64,000 nt of DNA from Nitrospirota bacterium (GTDB lineage: Bacteria > Nitrospirota > Thermodesulfovibrionia > Thermodesulfovibrionales > SM23-35): the NCBI GenBank assembly GCA_013388455.1, contig JACAFF010000017.1, positions 5,252 to 69,251 of the forward strand, written 5' to 3'. The notes under the pieces were generated by a model, which ran no database searches, was not told the DNA's origin, and saw only the letters and a program-made list of their open reading frames with translations. The translations under genes were made by a program, and so were the position numbers. Positions 62,125-64,000 of this stretch are shown here, one piece after another (the first letter of the stretch is position 1; each line of letters starts with the position of its first letter).

Positions 62125-62673
62125 TTAAATGTCTATTATTTTATCAAATTCACTTTTAAAATATTTAGCAGTCACTTCATCAAATATACAGAACTCAATC
62201 AATGTAAGACAACTTCGGGGATTTTTTCTGATGTAATCCAATGCAGTTCTGACAAGAATCATTGCACATCTGTCCTTCGGAAATCCGAATATACCTGAAC
62301 TTATTGCTGGCATTGATATACTCTTTATTCCCTTCTTATCTGCAAGCTGTAAGCTGTTAATTATAGCTTCCTTCAGTTTATTATCCTCATCTCCTTCTCC
62401 CATTCTTGGCCCCACTGCATGAATTACATACTTCGCTGGCAACCTGCCTGCACTTGTAATCGCAGCATTTCCTACGGGAACAAAACCTATCCTATCGCTT
62501 TCCTCCTGTATAATATGCCCACCTTTTTTTACTATTGCACCCGCAACCCCACCTCCATGTTGTAGATAAGAATTCGCTGCATTCACTATTGCATCTACGT
62601 CTCTTTCAGTAATGTCCCCCAGCACAAGACGTAATAACTTTCCCTCAATTTTTTTCTCAGATATAACTTTCAT
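62125..62673 (-). CDS. Macro domain protein (O-acetyl-ADP-ribose deacetylase-like)
   Basis: GDIT, AIVNAAN, GGGVAGAI, HAVGP, PAISSGIFGFP; start at ATG 62673. Confidence 0.92.
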   Translation of the reverse strand: MKVISEKKIEGKLLRLVLGDITERDVDAIVNAANSYLQHGGGVAGAIVKKGGHIIQEESDRIGFVPVGNAAITSAGRLPAKYVIHAVGPRMGEGDEDNKLKEAIINSLQLADKKGIKSISMPAISSGIFGFPKDRCAMILVRTALDYIRKNPRSCLTLIEFCIFDEVTAKYFKSEFDKIIDI

Positions 62674-62729
62674 AAAATTACCCCCTTGTTCATTATGATA
62701 TAATAAATATAAAAAAATGGAGGTCTTAA

Positions 62730-64000
62730 ATACCAGCACTTCACGGAAATCTATCAGGTCTTAAGACAAGTTACCTTCACTTACTCGAAAGAATTTACAG
62801 GAGAAAAGCATATCGTGAAGTAATAACACCTGAACTCGCCAGATTTATTACTGAAATCTCTTACGAGATAAACCGTCAGATAGGTATTCTCATTGATAGA
62901 AACGGTTCTATCACACATGTGATTATCGGTGATGCAAAAAGCATTTATATCCCGGAGCTTGCGGATTATCGTTTAGGGAGAAAACCTCTAAGAGGGCTGA
63001 GGCTGATCCATACACATCTGAATGAAGAAGCACTCACTCAGGATGACTTAACAGATCTTGCCCTTTTAAGATTAGATCTAATAGCATCAATAGGGGTTAG
63101 AAAAGGTTTCCCAGGGAATATCTATATCGCTTATTTATTACCAGATGGCACAAAACCTTTCGAGATTCTTCATTACCAAAATTTCCATGCTTTTGAACTC
63201 GAATTTTTACCTTTCATAACATCACTCGAAAGTGAAATGGAGAGGCATAGACTCTTCAGTTCGGATGATAGCAGAGAGCGCGCTATACTTGTAAGTGTTT
63301 CAACAAGACCTAAATTTGAACAGGAAGATTCAATTGAGGAATTGAAGGACCTTGCACGCTCAAGTAACGTGCTCGTTCTCGATACTTTAATTCAGAGACC
63401 CAGACAAATAAACCCAAGATATCTTATGGGTGAAGGTAAGATAAAAGAAATGATAATCAATGCTCTGAGCAAAGGAGCTACACTTCTTATCTTCGATCAA
63501 GAGCTCAGCCCCTCACAGGTAAAATCTATCAGCGAGCTTACAGAGCTAAAGGTTATTGATCGTTCACAGTTAATACTCGATATCTTCGCACGCCGTGCAC
63601 ATAGCAGAGATGGTAAAGTCCAGGTTGAACTAGCTCAGTTAAAATACCGCCTTCCGAGATTAACCGGTAAAGGAACTGCTATGTCACGTTTAATGGGCGG
63701 TATCGGTGGCAGAGGGCCAGGTGAAATGAAATTGGAGATTGACAGAAGGCGTGTTCGTGATAGAATTGCTCTCCTTGATAAAGAGCTGAGAACACTCAGT
63801 GAAGCAAGAAAGCAGAGGAAACAACGGAGGGTTGAACAGGGGATACCGATCATTTCAATTATTGGATATACCAATGCAGGGAAATCCACTTTGTTAAATT
63901 CGCTTACAAAAAGTTCTGTATTTGTTGAGGATAAACTTTTTGCAACTCTCGATACCTCAAGCAGACGCCTGCGTTTTCCAAAGGAACGCGATGTTATAAT
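62730..64000 (+). CDS. hflX: GTPase HflX, long form (partial; probable ATA start)
   Basis: Hand translation: GNLSGLK, LIHTH, DDLTDLA, ILDIFARRA, QVELAQL, GGRGPGE, GYTNAGKSTL, LFATLD. Confidence 0.93.
   Translation, partial: MPALHGNLSGLKTSYLHLLERIYRRKAYREVITPELARFITEISYEINRQIGILIDRNGSITHVIIGDAKSIYIPELADYRLGRKPLRGLRLIHTHLNEEALTQDDLTDLALLRLDLIASIGVRKGFPGNIYIAYLLPDGTKPFEILHYQNFHAFELEFLPFITSLESEMERHRLFSSDDSRERAILVSVSTRPKFEQEDSIEELKDLARSSNVLVLDTLIQRPRQINPRYLMGEGKIKEMIINALSKGATLLIFDQELSPSQVKSISELTELKVIDRSQLILDIFARRAHSRDGKVQVELAQLKYRLPRLTGKGTAMSRLMGGIGGRGPGEMKLEIDRRRVRDRIALLDKELRTLSEARKQRKQRRVEQGIPIISIIGYTNAGKSTLLNSLTKSSVFVEDKLFATLDTSSRRLRFPKERDVI

Noticed and set aside
63635..63889. 84-aa minus-strand ORF
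   Set aside because: Antisense shadow of hflX.

Overview
AT-rich bacterial chromosomal window. Gene content suggests an anaerobic Nitrospirota (Thermodesulfovibrionia-like) or delta-proteobacterial-type organism; this is an inference. The first 14.5 kb is a minus-strand Wood-Ljungdahl carbonyl-branch operon (acsE-acsD-acsC-acsB-cooS). It continues directly into one NuoE/HydC-like gene and three tandem NuoF/HydB-like paralogues. All three carry electron-bifurcating-type and probable NADP(H)-type motifs, and the two complete ones have C-terminal CBS fusions. This is the best candidate for an undescribed system. The rest is mostly housekeeping: rimP-nusA-recG-pilD-HK-panB, cooT/DUF3842, trpBA-HD-GYP-accD-folC-lptD, csp, rpsU, split transketolase, ftsEX-envC-ctpA, uvrC-accA-dnaE, PBP1A, atpBE and hflX. 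Other notable items are an in-frame fusion of a plant-type threonine synthase with a plant-type cystathionine gamma-synthase that retains an internal RBS, a Slam/DUF560-FecR-FN3 lipoprotein cassette, apparent non-AUG starts for trpB (ATT) and hflX (ATA), probable leaderless genes, a TA-flanked MITE-like family, a palindrome inside the lptD 5' end, and heptamer inverted repeats flanking cooS. No tRNA, rRNA, CRISPR array or transposase was seen. All calls are by-eye motif recognition; no database searches were run.
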